DNA of 24,000 nucleotides, from positions 315,381-339,380 of the forward strand of contig JAUJNY010000001.1 in assembly GCA_030447955.1 (NCBI GenBank), read 5' to 3'. This stretch comes from Jiangellales bacterium (GTDB taxonomy: Bacteria > Actinomycetota > Actinomycetes > Jiangellales > Jiangellaceae). Positions 11,314 through 20,641 of the stretch are shown here, one piece after another (the first letter of the stretch is position 1; every line of letters begins with the position of its first letter). The notes beneath the pieces were generated by a model. It worked only from the letters and a program-made list of their open reading frames with translations, was not told the origin of the DNA and made no database searches. A program made the position numbers and the translations under genes.

Positions 11314-13335
11314 ATGAACGTCAAACGCATCTTCCGAGGGCCGATCTTCTGGATCGTCTTCGTCGTCGTGGGCTTCCTACTGATCGGGCAGCTGGTCACC
11401 TCGACCAGCGGCTACGACCAGGTAGACACGGCCCGGATCTTCGCCGAGCTGGAGGCCGAGAACGTCCAGTCGGCCAAGCTGGTCGGCGGCGAGGACCCCG
11501 AGGTGCAACTGACCCTCCAAGACGGCAGTCGCATCCGTGCTGACTACGTGGAGGCCGAGCAGCAGCCACTGGCGACCATGCTGCGGGGACAGGACAAGAG
11601 CGGCGCCCTCCCCGACGGCTGGACCTCGGACGTTCCCACACCCAGCTTCCTGGCCACGGTCCTCGGGACGCTGCTGCCCTTCATCCTGCTCGCCGCCTTG
11701 ATCCTCTTCTTCATGAACCAGGTCCAGGGCGGCGGCAGCCGGGTCATGAACTTCGGCAAGTCCAAGGCCAAGCTGATCAGCAAGGACATGCCCAAGACCA
11801 CCTTCGCCGACGTCGCCGGCTGCGCCGAGGCCCTGGAGGAGCTGGAGGAGATCAAGGAGTTCCTCCAGGAGCCGGCCAAGTTCCAGGCCGTCGGCGCCAA
11901 GATCCCCAAGGGCGTGTTGCTGTACGGGCCTCCGGGCACCGGCAAGACGCTGTTGGCCCGGGCGGTCGCCGGTGAGGCGGGGGTGCCGTTCTACTCGATC
12001 TCCGGATCCGACTTCGTCGAGATGTTCGTCGGCGTCGGTGCCTCCCGGGTGCGTGACTTGTTCGAGCAGGCCAAGGCGAACGCCCCAGCCATCGTCTTCG
12101 TCGACGAGATCGACGCCGTCGGCCGGCACCGCGGCGCCGGCCTCGGCGGCGGCCACGACGAGCGGGAGCAGACCCTCAACCAGCTGCTGGTCGAGATGGA
12201 CGGGTTCGACGTCAAGGGCGGCATCATCCTCATCGCCGCCACCAACCGTCCCGACATCCTCGACCCCGCCCTGCTGCGCCCCGGGCGCTTTGACCGGCAG
12301 ATCGCCGTCGAGCCGCCCGACTTGCGGGGGCGGCAGAAGATCCTCGAGGTGCACGCCCGCGGCAAGCCCTTGGACAGCGACGTCGACCTCGCCGCGGTGG
12401 CGCGGCGTACGCCTGGGTTCACCGGTGCCGACCTCGCCAACGTCCTCAACGAGGCCGCGCTGCTGACGGCCCGGGCCAGCCGCAAGCTGATCGACGCGGA
12501 GGCGCTGGACGAGGCGATCGACCGGGTGGTCGCGGGCCCGCAGAAGCGGTCGCGGTTGATGAGCGACAAGGAAAAGAAGATCACCGCTTACCACGAGGGC
12601 GGCCACGCGCTCGTGGCCGCCGCCATGCACCACACCGACCCGGTGCACAAGGTGACGATCCTGGCCCGCGGCCGCGCCCTGGGCTACACGATGGTGCTGC
12701 CGGAGGAGGACAAGTACTCCACCACGCGCAACGAGATGCTCGACCAGCTCGCGTACATGATGGGTGGCCGGGCGGCCGAGGAGATGGTCTTCCACGACCC
12801 CACGACAGGGGCCGCCAACGACATCGAGAAGGCCACCGGGCTGGCCCGCAAGATGGTCACCCAGTTCGGCATGACGGAGCGCCTCGGCGCAATCAAGTTT
12901 GGCCAGGACCGCTCGGAGGTCTTCCTGGGCCGTGACCTGGGGCACGAGCGCGACTACTCCGAGAGTGTCGCCGCTGTCGTCGACGAGGAGGTGCGCCGGC
13001 TCATCGACGCCGCGCACCAGGACGCCTTCGACGTGCTGGAGGACAACCGCGACATCCTGGACGCCCTCGTCAGCCAGCTGCTCGAGAAGGAGACCCTGGA
13101 CAGGGACGAGGTGGCGCAGATCTTCACCGGCATCCGCAAGCGCGAGGCACGTCCCGCGTGGACCGGTTCGGCGACGCGCCGTCCCTCCGAACGGCCCCCG
13201 GTGCTAAGCCCTCGGGAGGTCGCGGCGGCCAACGGCTCCTCGCCGAACGGCTCCCACGCGCTCGGCAACGGGCACGCCCAGCAGCCGCAGCCGGTCGGCG
13301 AGCACGCGGAGCGCGTCGAGGGTCCCGAGAGCTGA
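11314..13335 (+). CDS. ftsH: ATP-dependent zinc metalloprotease FtsH
   Basis: Track ORF starts at 11131. The true start is most likely ATG 11314 ([25 protein letters not shown], first TM). Walker A GPPGTGKT, Walker [33 protein letters not shown], zinc site HEGGHAL. Product is 673 aa. Confidence 0.95.
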   Translation: MNVKRIFRGPIFWIVFVVVGFLLIGQLVTSTSGYDQVDTARIFAELEAENVQSAKLVGGEDPEVQLTLQDGSRIRADYVEAEQQPLATMLRGQDKSGALPDGWTSDVPTPSFLATVLGTLLPFILLAALILFFMNQVQGGGSRVMNFGKSKAKLISKDMPKTTFADVAGCAEALEELEEIKEFLQEPAKFQAVGAKIPKGVLLYGPPGTGKTLLARAVAGEAGVPFYSISGSDFVEMFVGVGASRVRDLFEQAKANAPAIVFVDEIDAVGRHRGAGLGGGHDEREQTLNQLLVEMDGFDVKGGIILIAATNRPDILDPALLRPGRFDRQIAVEPPDLRGRQKILEVHARGKPLDSDVDLAAVARRTPGFTGADLANVLNEAALLTARASRKLIDAEALDEAIDRVVAGPQKRSRLMSDKEKKITAYHEGGHALVAAAMHHTDPVHKVTILARGRALGYTMVLPEEDKYSTTRNEMLDQLAYMMGGRAAEEMVFHDPTTGAANDIEKATGLARKMVTQFGMTERLGAIKFGQDRSEVFLGRDLGHERDYSESVAAVVDEEVRRLIDAAHQDAFDVLEDNRDILDALVSQLLEKETLDRDEVAQIFTGIRKREARPAWTGSATRRPSERPPVLSPREVAAANGSSPNGSHALGNGHAQQPQPVGEHAERVEGPES

Positions 13336-13340
13336 ACGCG

Positions 13341-13982
13341 GTGGCGACCGACGCCCCGCCCGCCGGCCCGGCCGACGCCCCGGACCTGCTCGGTCCCATG
13401 CCGGCACGTTTCGACCACGCGCGGGTAGCAGCGGCGATCCGCGAGCTGCTCCTTGCCATCGGCGAGGACCCCGACCGAGACGGCCTGCGCGAGACCCCGG
13501 TGCGGGTGGCGCGGGCTTACGAGGAGATGTTCCGCGGACTTCGCATGGAGGCCGAGGACGTGCTCGCCACCACGTTCGACCTCGGGCACGGTGAGCTGGT
13601 GCTGGTCAAGGACATCGAGGTGCAGTCGATGTGCGAGCACCACCTGGTGCCGTTCCACGGCGTCGCGCACGTCGGCTACATCCCCGGCGAGGACGGCCGC
13701 ATCACTGGGCTGTCCAAACTGGCGCGGCTGGTGGACGTGTACGCCAAGCGTCCGCAGGTGCAGGAGCGGCTGACGACGCAGGTGGCCGAGGCGCTCGTCC
13801 GCATCCTGCAGCCGCGAGGTGTGCTCGTCGTCGTCGAGTGTGAGCACCTCTGCATGACGCTGCGCGGTGTCCGCAAGCCCGGGGCCAAGACGGTGACGTC
13901 CGCCGTCCGTGGCCAGCTGCGGGACGCGGCCACCCGGGCCGAGGCGATGGCTCTGCTGTTGGGGCGGACCGCGCCCGGCTGA
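13341..13982 (+). CDS. folE: GTP cyclohydrolase I
   Basis: Track ORF starts at 13158, inside ftsH. GTG 13341 lies 6 nt after the ftsH stop (alternative ATG 13398). Motifs [38 protein letters not shown] and [10 protein letters not shown]. Confidence 0.9.
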   Translation: MATDAPPAGPADAPDLLGPMPARFDHARVAAAIRELLLAIGEDPDRDGLRETPVRVARAYEEMFRGLRMEAEDVLATTFDLGHGELVLVKDIEVQSMCEHHLVPFHGVAHVGYIPGEDGRITGLSKLARLVDVYAKRPQVQERLTTQVAEALVRILQPRGVLVVVECEHLCMTLRGVRKPGAKTVTSAVRGQLRDAATRAEAMALLLGRTAPG

Positions 13983-14104
13983 GCCGGTAGCGCGCCTCGT
14001 CCGCTGACCGCCGCTTGAGCCGCAGTCCGCCGACCGACGGCCTCGTCCGCTGACCGACGCAAGAACCCGTACCCGAGGCGCGGCCGTGTCCCGCCCACCG
14101 CCTG

Positions 14105-14255
14105 TCGCGCCCAAGGGGCCCTTGCCCGCATCCCCGCCGCGTCCAAGGGCCCCTTGCCCGCGCTTTACGCGGTCAACGGCCCCTTGCGCGCATTGGACCG
14201 GCGCACCAAGGGTCCCTTGCGCGCATTGGACGGCGCATCCCAGGGTCCTTACCAC
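14105..14255. repeat. Tandem array (about 5 units, 30-34 bp period) built around the 13-bp palindrome CAAGGG-N-CCCTTG, in the folE-folP spacer
   Basis: Cores are CAAGGGGCCCTTG (14112), CAAGGGCCCCTTG (14144), CAACGGCCCCTTG (14174), CAAGGGTCCCTTG (14207) and a degenerate CCAGGGTCCTTAC (14240). Units 3 and 4 share an identical 18-nt block, CCCTTGCGCGCATTGGAC. Confidence 0.75.
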
Positions 14256-14283
14256 CGCGGGCGGGCGGGCGTAGCGTGCGGGC

Positions 14284-15174
14284 GTGAATGCGTCCGTCGC
14301 CAGCCTGCCGGGCGCCGGGCGCCCCGCTGCCTACGCCGCGGGCCTCCCCACCCCACCGCGCTGCCTGGTCATGGGAGTCCTCAACGTCACCCCGGACTCG
14401 TTCAGCGACGGTGGCCGGTGGCTAGACGGCCCGGCTGCTGTTGCGCACGGGCTCGAGTTGGCCGCGCAAGGCGCCGACATCGTCGACGTGGGCGGTGAGT
14501 CGACGCGCCCGGGAGCCGACCGGCCACCGGTCGCCGAAGAGCTGCGCCGGGTGCTGCCGGTGGTGCGGGAGCTCGTCGCGGCGGGCGTCGTCGTCAGCGT
14601 CGACACGATGCGCGCCGCAGTGGCGGAGCAGGCACTCGACGCGGGGGCGCGCATGGTGAACGACGTGTCCGCCGGGTGCGCCGACCCGGGGATGCTGTCG
14701 CTGGTCGCGGCGGTGGGTGTCCCGTACGTGGGCATGCACTGGCGCGGGCACTCGGATCGGATGCAGGACGCCGCGGTCTACGACGACGTGGTCGTCGAGG
14801 TCGTCGCCCACCTACGCCGGCGCGCGGAGGCAGCGCTCGACGCGGGGATCCGTCCGGCGCAGCTTGTGCTCGACCCAGGGCTCGGCTTCGCCAAGGAGCC
14901 GGCCCACAACTGGGCGCTGCTCGGTCGGCTGGCGGAGGTCGTGGCGCTCGGACACCCCGTCCTCGTCGGCGCTTCTCGCAAGAGTTTCCTCGGCAGCCTG
15001 CTCGCTGACCCGGTGACCGGGGATCCGCGTCCCCCGGCTGAGCGCGAGGCGGCGACCGCAGCCGTGTCGACGTTGTGCGCCGCGGCGGGCGTGTGGTGCG
15101 TGCGGGTCCACGAGGTGCCGCCCAACCTGGACGCGGTCCGGGTGGCCGCCCGTTGGGCGGCGGAGGCTCGGTGA
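14284..15174 (+). CDS. folP: Dihydropteroate synthase
   Basis: 296 aa, GTG start (a shorter start at the M of VMGVLNV is possible). Motifs GVLNVTPDSFSDGG, DVGGESTRPG, MVNDVS, DPGLGFAK and VGASRKSF. Confidence 0.92.
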   Translation: MNASVASLPGAGRPAAYAAGLPTPPRCLVMGVLNVTPDSFSDGGRWLDGPAAVAHGLELAAQGADIVDVGGESTRPGADRPPVAEELRRVLPVVRELVAAGVVVSVDTMRAAVAEQALDAGARMVNDVSAGCADPGMLSLVAAVGVPYVGMHWRGHSDRMQDAAVYDDVVVEVVAHLRRRAEAALDAGIRPAQLVLDPGLGFAKEPAHNWALLGRLAEVVALGHPVLVGASRKSFLGSLLADPVTGDPRPPAEREAATAAVSTLCAAAGVWCVRVHEVPPNLDAVRVAARWAAEAR

Positions 15175-15300
15175 GCCGCCGGAAACTCCCCCCGGTACTG
15201 TCGGCGCGGACGCGGGACGGCCTCGACCGCACGTGCCGCGCAGTGCCGCTGCTCCCGACGTTGTCGTCCTTCGTCGTCCGCCCGGTTGAGAGGGAGGGCC

Positions 15301-15690
15301 GTGGACTCCGCCCTGGCTGCCGCGCCGGTCACTGACCGGCTGTCCCTGCGCGGCATCCGTGTGCGCGGGCATCACGGCGTCCTGCCCGCCGAACGCCAAC
15401 GCGGCCAGGACTTCGTCGTCGATGTCGAGTTGTGGCTCGACACGCGGGCCGCCGCGGCGACCGACAACCTCGGTAGAACCGTCGACTACGGCGAGCTGGC
15501 GGCGGCGGTGGCGACCGTTGTCGGCGGTGAGCCGGTAGACCTCATCGAGACCTTGGCCGCGCGGATCGCGCAGACGTGCCTGGCCGAGGCGCTGGTCGCG
15601 GAGGTCCAGGTGAGCGTCCACAAGCCGCAGGCACCGCTGCCGGTGCCGGTGGCCGATGTGTGCGTGACGATCCGGAGGTCCCGCTCGTGA
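15301..15690 (+). CDS. folB: Dihydroneopterin aldolase
   Basis: GTG 15301 is preceded by AGGGAGGG (15291-15298). The track start at 15286 is a TTG. Motifs LRGIRVRGHHGV, TVDYGEL and VHKPQAPLP. Product is 129 aa. Confidence 0.9.
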   Translation: MDSALAAAPVTDRLSLRGIRVRGHHGVLPAERQRGQDFVVDVELWLDTRAAAATDNLGRTVDYGELAAAVATVVGGEPVDLIETLAARIAQTCLAEALVAEVQVSVHKPQAPLPVPVADVCVTIRRSRS

Positions 15691-16256
15691 CCAACGCACC
15701 GAACCCGTACATCGTGGACACCGACACCCTGACTGGCGACCTGCGGCCGTTGCGTCGCGCGGCCTTCGCGCTGGGCAGCAACCTCGGTTCGCGCCGCGAC
15801 AACCTGCAGGGGGCGGTCGACGCCCTGACCGAGGCCCCCGAGGTCTTCCCGGTCGCCGTGTCACCGGTGTACGAGGCCGACCCGGTCGGCGGCCCCGAGC
15901 AGCAGCCGCAGTTCCTCAACGCCGTACTGATCGTGGACACCACGCTGTCGGTGCACACGCTGCTCGACCGGGCGCTCGCCACCGAGGACGCCTTCGGCCG
16001 CGAGCGGGAGGTCCGCTGGGGCCCGCGTTCTCTCGACGTCGACCTGCTCGCGGTCGGCGACCGGGTCGTCGACGAGCCGGCGTGCACGATCCCGCACCCG
16101 CGGATCGCCGAGCGCGCGTTCGTGCTCGTCCCGTGGGCGGACGTCGACCCCGACTTCCCGGTGCCGGGGCTGGGCCGGGTGGCCGACCTACGCGACAAGG
16201 TGGGGTCGGCCGGCGTGACCCGCGTCGCCGACTTCTCCCTGCACCTGTCCGGCTGA
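15687..16256 (+). CDS. folK: 2-amino-4-hydroxy-6-hydroxymethyldihydropteridine diphosphokinase
   Basis: GTG 15687 overlaps the folB stop (GTGA). GGAGG lies at 15674-15678. Motifs FALGSNLG, RWGPRSLDVDLL and IPHPRIAERAFVLVPW. Product is 189 aa; the track ORF is over-extended to 15576. Confidence 0.9.
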   Translation: MTNAPNPYIVDTDTLTGDLRPLRRAAFALGSNLGSRRDNLQGAVDALTEAPEVFPVAVSPVYEADPVGGPEQQPQFLNAVLIVDTTLSVHTLLDRALATEDAFGREREVRWGPRSLDVDLLAVGDRVVDEPACTIPHPRIAERAFVLVPWADVDPDFPVPGLGRVADLRDKVGSAGVTRVADFSLHLSG

Positions 16257-16263
16257 CCGGCCG

Positions 16264-16743
16264 GTGACGCGGACGAGTCCGCGGCTGCTCGTCCTCCTCG
16301 GGCTCGCCGCCGCACCCGTCGGCTGGACCGTCGGCGGCATCGTCGACACGCTGGCGGTCGGCCCGCCGCAGGTCCCTCGGCTCACCCCGGTGCTCGTGGG
16401 CTTCCTTGCGGCGTTGCTCGCAGTGCTGGCCTTGGCCGCCCGGGGCTGGGTCGCCGAGCGGCGCTACGACCGCAGGATCGACGCGCTCGTCGTTGCCCGT
16501 CTCGTGGTGCTGGCCAAGGCGAGCGCCGTCTTCGGGGCGCTGGCGGCCGGCGGGTACGGCGGCTTCGCCGCACTGGCGCTGCGTGAGAGCGGCTTGTTCG
16601 CGGGCTCCGAGCGGCCCGTCGTCGCCGCGCTCACCGCGCTCGCCGGGGTCGCCGTCGCTGTCGCGGCGTGTTGGCTGGAGCGGTCGTGCACGGTCCCTCC
16701 ACGCGACGACGAGGAGGCGCCTCCGCTCGCGCCCTCGACGTGA
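16264..16743 (+). CDS. DUF3180 family integral membrane protein (conserved partner of the fol cluster)
   Basis: 159 aa with about 4 hydrophobic segments. GTG start lies 7 nt after the folK stop. Same position as the membrane protein following folK in mycobacteria. Confidence 0.8.
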   Translation: MTRTSPRLLVLLGLAAAPVGWTVGGIVDTLAVGPPQVPRLTPVLVGFLAALLAVLALAARGWVAERRYDRRIDALVVARLVVLAKASAVFGALAAGGYGGFAALALRESGLFAGSERPVVAALTALAGVAVAVAACWLERSCTVPPRDDEEAPPLAPST

Positions 16744-16808
16744 TCGCGCCTAATAGTTCGCTCACCCGCCGAGTGTCCCCCTCCCCGAGACATGGGACGC
16801 TTCGAGAC

Positions 16809-18078
16809 GTGACCGCGGCCCCACCGGATGCCTCGACGATGGCCGTGGGGGCGTTGGGGTGGCTTCTCGGGTCGGCGCGCGACACCCCGACGGTCTGGCG
16901 TGGGCGGGTACTGCGGACGATGACGATCTCGACCCCACGCTGTACAGCGGTGCGGCGGGAATCGTGCTCGCGTTGCTCGAGGGCTATGGCCACTTCGGTG
17001 ACGCCCGCTATGCCGATGCCGCCTTCCGCGGCGGCAGGGCATCGCCGCCGTCGTTCCCCACTGGCGTCCCTGCTCCTTGTACTTCGGTCTGACCGGGATG
17101 GCTGTCGCGTTGCGCGCGGTTGACGACCTGCTCGGAGACCCAGCTGTCTGCGTGGCGGCAGACCGCGCCTTGCAACTGGTGCGCTCACGGTTTGATGGGG
17201 AACGGTGGAGTGATCAGTTCGAACTGCTCGGCGGTAACGCCGGAATCGCGCTGGGCGCGCTGAGCGTCGGTGACGTCGAGTTGGCCATCCTCGCAGTGAC
17301 GCCGTACCTGCACAGAGCCGAACCGACCGCCAGCGGCGTCCAATGGGAGGTACGCGCTGGAATGCCGGCGCGGTTCCATCACATCTCACACGGAACGCTG
17401 GGCATCGTTCAGGCCTTGGCCGCCGTCGGCCGAGCGGCCGGTCGATCAGATCTGACCGAGCTGGCGCTGGCCGGTGCCGCGGACGTCGTGGCCCGCAGCG
17501 AGGCCGACCAAGAGGGCTTTCTGGTCCCGCACTCCGACCCGCAGCACAAGCCGGACCTGATCGAGCGCTACAGCTATGGGTGGTGCCACGGCCCGGCGGG
17601 GGACGCCCAAGTGTTCCGGCTGCTCGGGGCAGTGACCCACGACCCGGCGTGGCAAGCCCTGACGGACAGGTGCTGGCACACCGTCACCCAGTCCGGCCTG
17701 CCGAGACAGGTCTGACCCGGCTTTTGGGACAACAGCGGTCGCTGCTGCGGGACGGCGGGGGTGCTAGCGCTCGCGTGCGACCGCTACGTCGAACGGGGCG
17801 ACGAACTGAGCTTCGCGAACATCCTCGTCGACGACCTCGCATCGCGCGCAACCACGGACGCCGACGGTGTGCGCTGGTCGAACCGCGAGCACCGGCTCAC
17901 CCCGAGCAAGCTGCAGCCCCGGACCGGATGGGCGATGGGCAACGCCGGCATCGTTCGAGAGCTGCTCCGGTTCATCCGCGCCAGCAATGGAGGAGACCCG
18001 GCCTACGCCATTGCGTGGCCGGACCAGCCAGCCGCAAGTACGTCGGCTCCGTACCAGCGCACTGACGCGTCTCGCTAG
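16809..18078 (+). pseudogene. LanC-like (lanthionine synthetase C family) gene disrupted by at least one frameshift and an in-frame TGA
   Basis: LanC repeat motifs are spread over three frames. ALGWLLGSARDTP is in frame 0. DGLAWAGT...LYSGAAGIVLALLEGY is in frame 2. SLYFGLTGMAVAL, GNAGIALG, HISHGTLGIVQAL and YGWCHGPAGD are in frame 1. After the TGA at 17713-17715, PGFWDNSGRCCGTAGV...GWAMGNAGIV continues in frame 1. Confidence 0.7.
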
Positions 18079-18478
18079 CCGGTCCTCTTTGCGCACGTGG
18101 TTAGACGACCTCGCCTGTCGCTACTCGCTACTGGTGGCGGGGGACGAGCTGTACGCACTCCGCGCAGCGTTGGCGCGGCGCCGGTCCGCTCCACGGCAAC
18201 TCCGGGCGAACAAGGTAGCTGCGTCGCGTGATGGGGTGAGCTCCCGCGCCGGACTCCGCGTCATACGCGTGCACCACAGTGTCGTCAATGATATGGCGCC
18301 CAGCGGGGTCTTGATCCGCCTGCTCAACTGCCATCACCCATTCTGCCACAAGCCCATATTGCCACACAGTGCCCCGCGCCTACCACGGCCCGCGTGACGG
18401 TGAGCGATTCTCTGATTGCTTAGCGGACGTCCCCCGCTGGGAGCCGCTGGTCAGTGGAAGCATTCGGGAAGTTGGTCG

Positions 18479-19753
18479 TCAGTGGAGCTCTTCCACGTTC
18501 TCCAGTGGAGTCTTGAGCGGGGTGAGCGCCTTAGCGACATGGCCGGCGATGGCGAACGGGACAAGCAGCGCCGCGAAGCAAAGCACTGCCGTGGGAGCGC
18601 TGAACTGGTCCGAGAGCCAGCCGACCAGCAGCATGCCGAGCCAGACTAGTGACTGGGCGGCGAAGTTGGAGACAGCTCCCACGCGCCCGATGAGCCGATC
18701 TGGGACGACAACGGTGGTGTAGGCCTCCCACACCGACGCGGTCGGCACGGTAGCGAAAACCATCACGGAGGCCGCGAGGGCAATCTGCCACGGCCGCGAG
18801 GCCAGCGCCGCAAGGCCGAGGCAGACGACGTAGATCCAGCCGCCCAGCAGGAAGACCCGGCGTGAACCCAGTCTCCTGATGATGAACCCGGTCAGGACTG
18901 AGCCGAGGATTCCACCGGCCACGACGGCGGAGCTAGTCACTCCGATGATGTTCGGGTTCGCGCCCCGATGCTTGAGCAGCGCCACCAGCATCAACAGGAA
19001 GCTGTTGCCGACCATGTTGGCCACCGCGACCCAGGCTGTCATGTAGCGCAGGAACTCCTGCCTGCGCACGAAACTCATGCCCTCGCCGATGTCGGAGATC
19101 ACTCTGCCCCACCCGGCCCGGTCGCCCTCCTTGGCATGCTGGGTGCTCTCACCCCGCTCCGGGCCGAGCGGACGGCGAATCAGGGCCGAGCCCGCGGCGG
19201 CGAAGATGAAAGACAGTGCGTCGGCGCCGAAAGGCAGCCAGCGCGACACAGTGAACAGGAAGGCGGCCAGCGGCGAGCCAACGAGCTGCGCCGCCATCGC
19301 CATGCCCTGCTCCTGAGCCGCGCGGGCAGCGAACTGCTCCCGCGGTACGATCCGACGCAGCGCCGGCAGGACCGCGCTCTGCTTGACGCCGAGCAAAGCT
19401 CCGTCGACCAGCGAGGCGCCGGCCAGAAGTGGGATCAGCACGTGTCCGGCGTGAACGGACCAGGCCACCAAGGCCATGAGGACGGCCTCCGCCAGCGGCA
19501 CGGTGACGAGGATCAGCCTCCGGGAGACTCGGTCGGCCAACACCCCGCCCCACAGCGTGGTAAGGAGATAACCGATCCGTCCCGTCGCCGCAATCACACC
19601 CGCGTCAAACACCGAGCCGGTTGTGAACACCACCAGGAGCGGGAAGGCCATGACCGACACGTAGCTCCCGACAAGCGAGAACGCATTTCCGGTCCACCAG
19701 CACATGTAGTCGCGGTTGCGCCAAAGCGACGGCGGAGGTCCGCGGCCCTGCAT
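18479..19753 (-). CDS. MFS transporter (12-TM efflux type)
   Basis: Start is the ATG at 19753 (MQGRGPPPSLWRNRDYMCWWTGNAFSLVGS...). Product is 424 aa and hydrophobic throughout. The start overlaps the regulator stop by 1 nt (TGATG). The 633-aa track ORF is a spurious 5' extension. Confidence 0.88.
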   Translation of the reverse strand: MQGRGPPPSLWRNRDYMCWWTGNAFSLVGSYVSVMAFPLLVVFTTGSVFDAGVIAATGRIGYLLTTLWGGVLADRVSRRLILVTVPLAEAVLMALVAWSVHAGHVLIPLLAGASLVDGALLGVKQSAVLPALRRIVPREQFAARAAQEQGMAMAAQLVGSPLAAFLFTVSRWLPFGADALSFIFAAAGSALIRRPLGPERGESTQHAKEGDRAGWGRVISDIGEGMSFVRRQEFLRYMTAWVAVANMVGNSFLLMLVALLKHRGANPNIIGVTSSAVVAGGILGSVLTGFIIRRLGSRRVFLLGGWIYVVCLGLAALASRPWQIALAASVMVFATVPTASVWEAYTTVVVPDRLIGRVGAVSNFAAQSLVWLGMLLVGWLSDQFSAPTAVLCFAALLVPFAIAGHVAKALTPLKTPLENVEELH

Positions 19754-20364
19754 CAGGCGCCGCCGGAAATGAGCCGGCCGGGACGTGGGAAACCGTGCAG
19801 CTGAATGCTGTACTGCTCGGTGCCCTCCCGTGCGTGATCCCGATCGCGGGGTGTCGCGTCCACTGCTTCCCGAATCACATCGTTGACCCGTTCCATGAGC
19901 CCGCGCGCCTCCTGGGGTGTGAGCCAGATGGTCCAGTCGCTGTCCTCGGTGACACTCGCCCACTCCCGCGGCAGCTCGGAGCGCTCCAGCAACGAGTCCT
20001 GGAGCTGCGCCATGCCCTCCAGGACGGCTGCGTGAAGGAATGCCTGCCGAACGTGTTGGTCCTGGAGGTCGGACGGGTCCTCGTGACGCACGCGGGTGAA
20101 CTCGTGGGCCGCCCGCCACCACCGATCTCGTCTCGTTCCGCGCTCCCGGTCGTCCTCGATGAACCCGTGCAGGGCCAGCTGGCGCAGGTGGTAGCTGACG
20201 GTGCCGGTGTTCATCCCCAGCCGCGCAGCGAGCGAGGTGGAGGTCGCCGGGCCGTCCAGCCGCAGCATCTCCAGCATGCGGATCCGAACCGGATGCGCGA
20301 GGGCCTTCAACTGCGTCGGATCCGGTGTGACCTGGTTGAGATCTTGGCTCCTGGCCGCGGGCAT
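19753..20364 (-). CDS. ArsR-family winged helix-turn-helix transcriptional regulator
   Basis: 203 aa. LKALAHPVRIRMLEMLRLDGPATSTSLAARLGMNTGTVSYHLRQLALHGFI is a canonical ArsR/HTH_20 region. Translationally coupled to the MFS gene. Confidence 0.85.
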   Translation of the reverse strand: MPAARSQDLNQVTPDPTQLKALAHPVRIRMLEMLRLDGPATSTSLAARLGMNTGTVSYHLRQLALHGFIEDDRERGTRRDRWWRAAHEFTRVRHEDPSDLQDQHVRQAFLHAAVLEGMAQLQDSLLERSELPREWASVTEDSDWTIWLTPQEARGLMERVNDVIREAVDATPRDRDHAREGTEQYSIQLHGFPRPGRLISGGA

Positions 20365-20393
20365 ACCGGAGACAGTACAACCACAGAGGAAGG

Positions 20394-20415
20394 TCTGCAG
20401 AGGGCTCTCTGCAGA
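20394..20415. promoter_or_regulatory. Perfect inverted repeat TCTGCAGAG-GGCT-CTCTGCAGA; candidate operator of the ArsR-like regulator
   Basis: 9-bp perfect arms with a 4-bp spacer, 30-51 bp upstream of the regulator start codon (20364). Confidence 0.4.
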
Positions 20416-20502
20416 TTGTCCGTAGGGTTGACTTCCGCGACGCCGCAGCGGGCGTGCGGCTGACGGGATCGTCTACGGGTTCGGCGAGACCGGCGCTGAT
20501 CC

Positions 20503-20641
20503 ACGGCGGCAGCTACGGGATTGAGGTCAGCTCCACGTCGGCGGGGTTCACGCCGCGCACGTCTGCCTCCACCGAGCGGCGCAGCGCCTCATGCAAGGCG
20601 CGCGGCGTCAGCACGCCAAGGAATCGCTCGCCGTCGAGCAC
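20503..20641 (-). pseudogene. Fragment: diverged second copy of the last 43 codons plus ~10 nt of 3' flank of the CBS-domain ABC ATPase gene
   Basis: Aligns without indels to 22645-22785, with about 10 mismatches in ~135 nt by hand. It encodes AVLDGERFLGVLTPRALHEALRRSVEADVRGVNPADVELTSIP, against ...ELASIP in the intact gene. Confidence 0.8.

Noticed and set aside
14105-14255. Possible CRISPR array, given regularly spaced palindromic repeats.
   Set aside because: The repeat cores are only 13-19 nt, the inter-repeat segments are about 15-20 nt and partly repeated themselves, there are only about 5 units, and no cas genes or leader are present.
14086-14498. Small ORFs across the folE-folP spacer (14086-14274 and 14154-14498 on plus), and the repetitive peptide on the minus strand.
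   Set aside because: Their periodic sequence only mirrors the DNA tandem repeat. They have no RBS and overlap the folP start.
17713-17715. The in-frame TGA in the LanC-like gene read as selenocysteine or programmed read-through.
   Set aside because: No SECIS-like hairpin is evident downstream, the position is not a catalytic Cys site, and the same gene carries at least one frameshift. Pseudogenisation or sequencing error is simpler.
18091-18122. tRNA-like string GCGCACGTGGTTAGACGACCTCGCCTGTCGC, which resembles a D-arm plus an Asp-type anticodon loop. It could be an att-site remnant.
   Set aside because: The D-stem and anticodon stem do not pair, no T-arm or acceptor stem follows, and integrases usually target tRNA 3' ends. 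I treat it as chance resemblance.
19754-20380. The N-terminal 209 aa of the 633-aa track ORF 18479-20380(-).
   Set aside because: This stretch overlaps the ArsR-like regulator, which lies in another frame and has a clear HTH. The MFS hydrophobic core starts at the ATG at 19753, which is coupled to the regulator stop.
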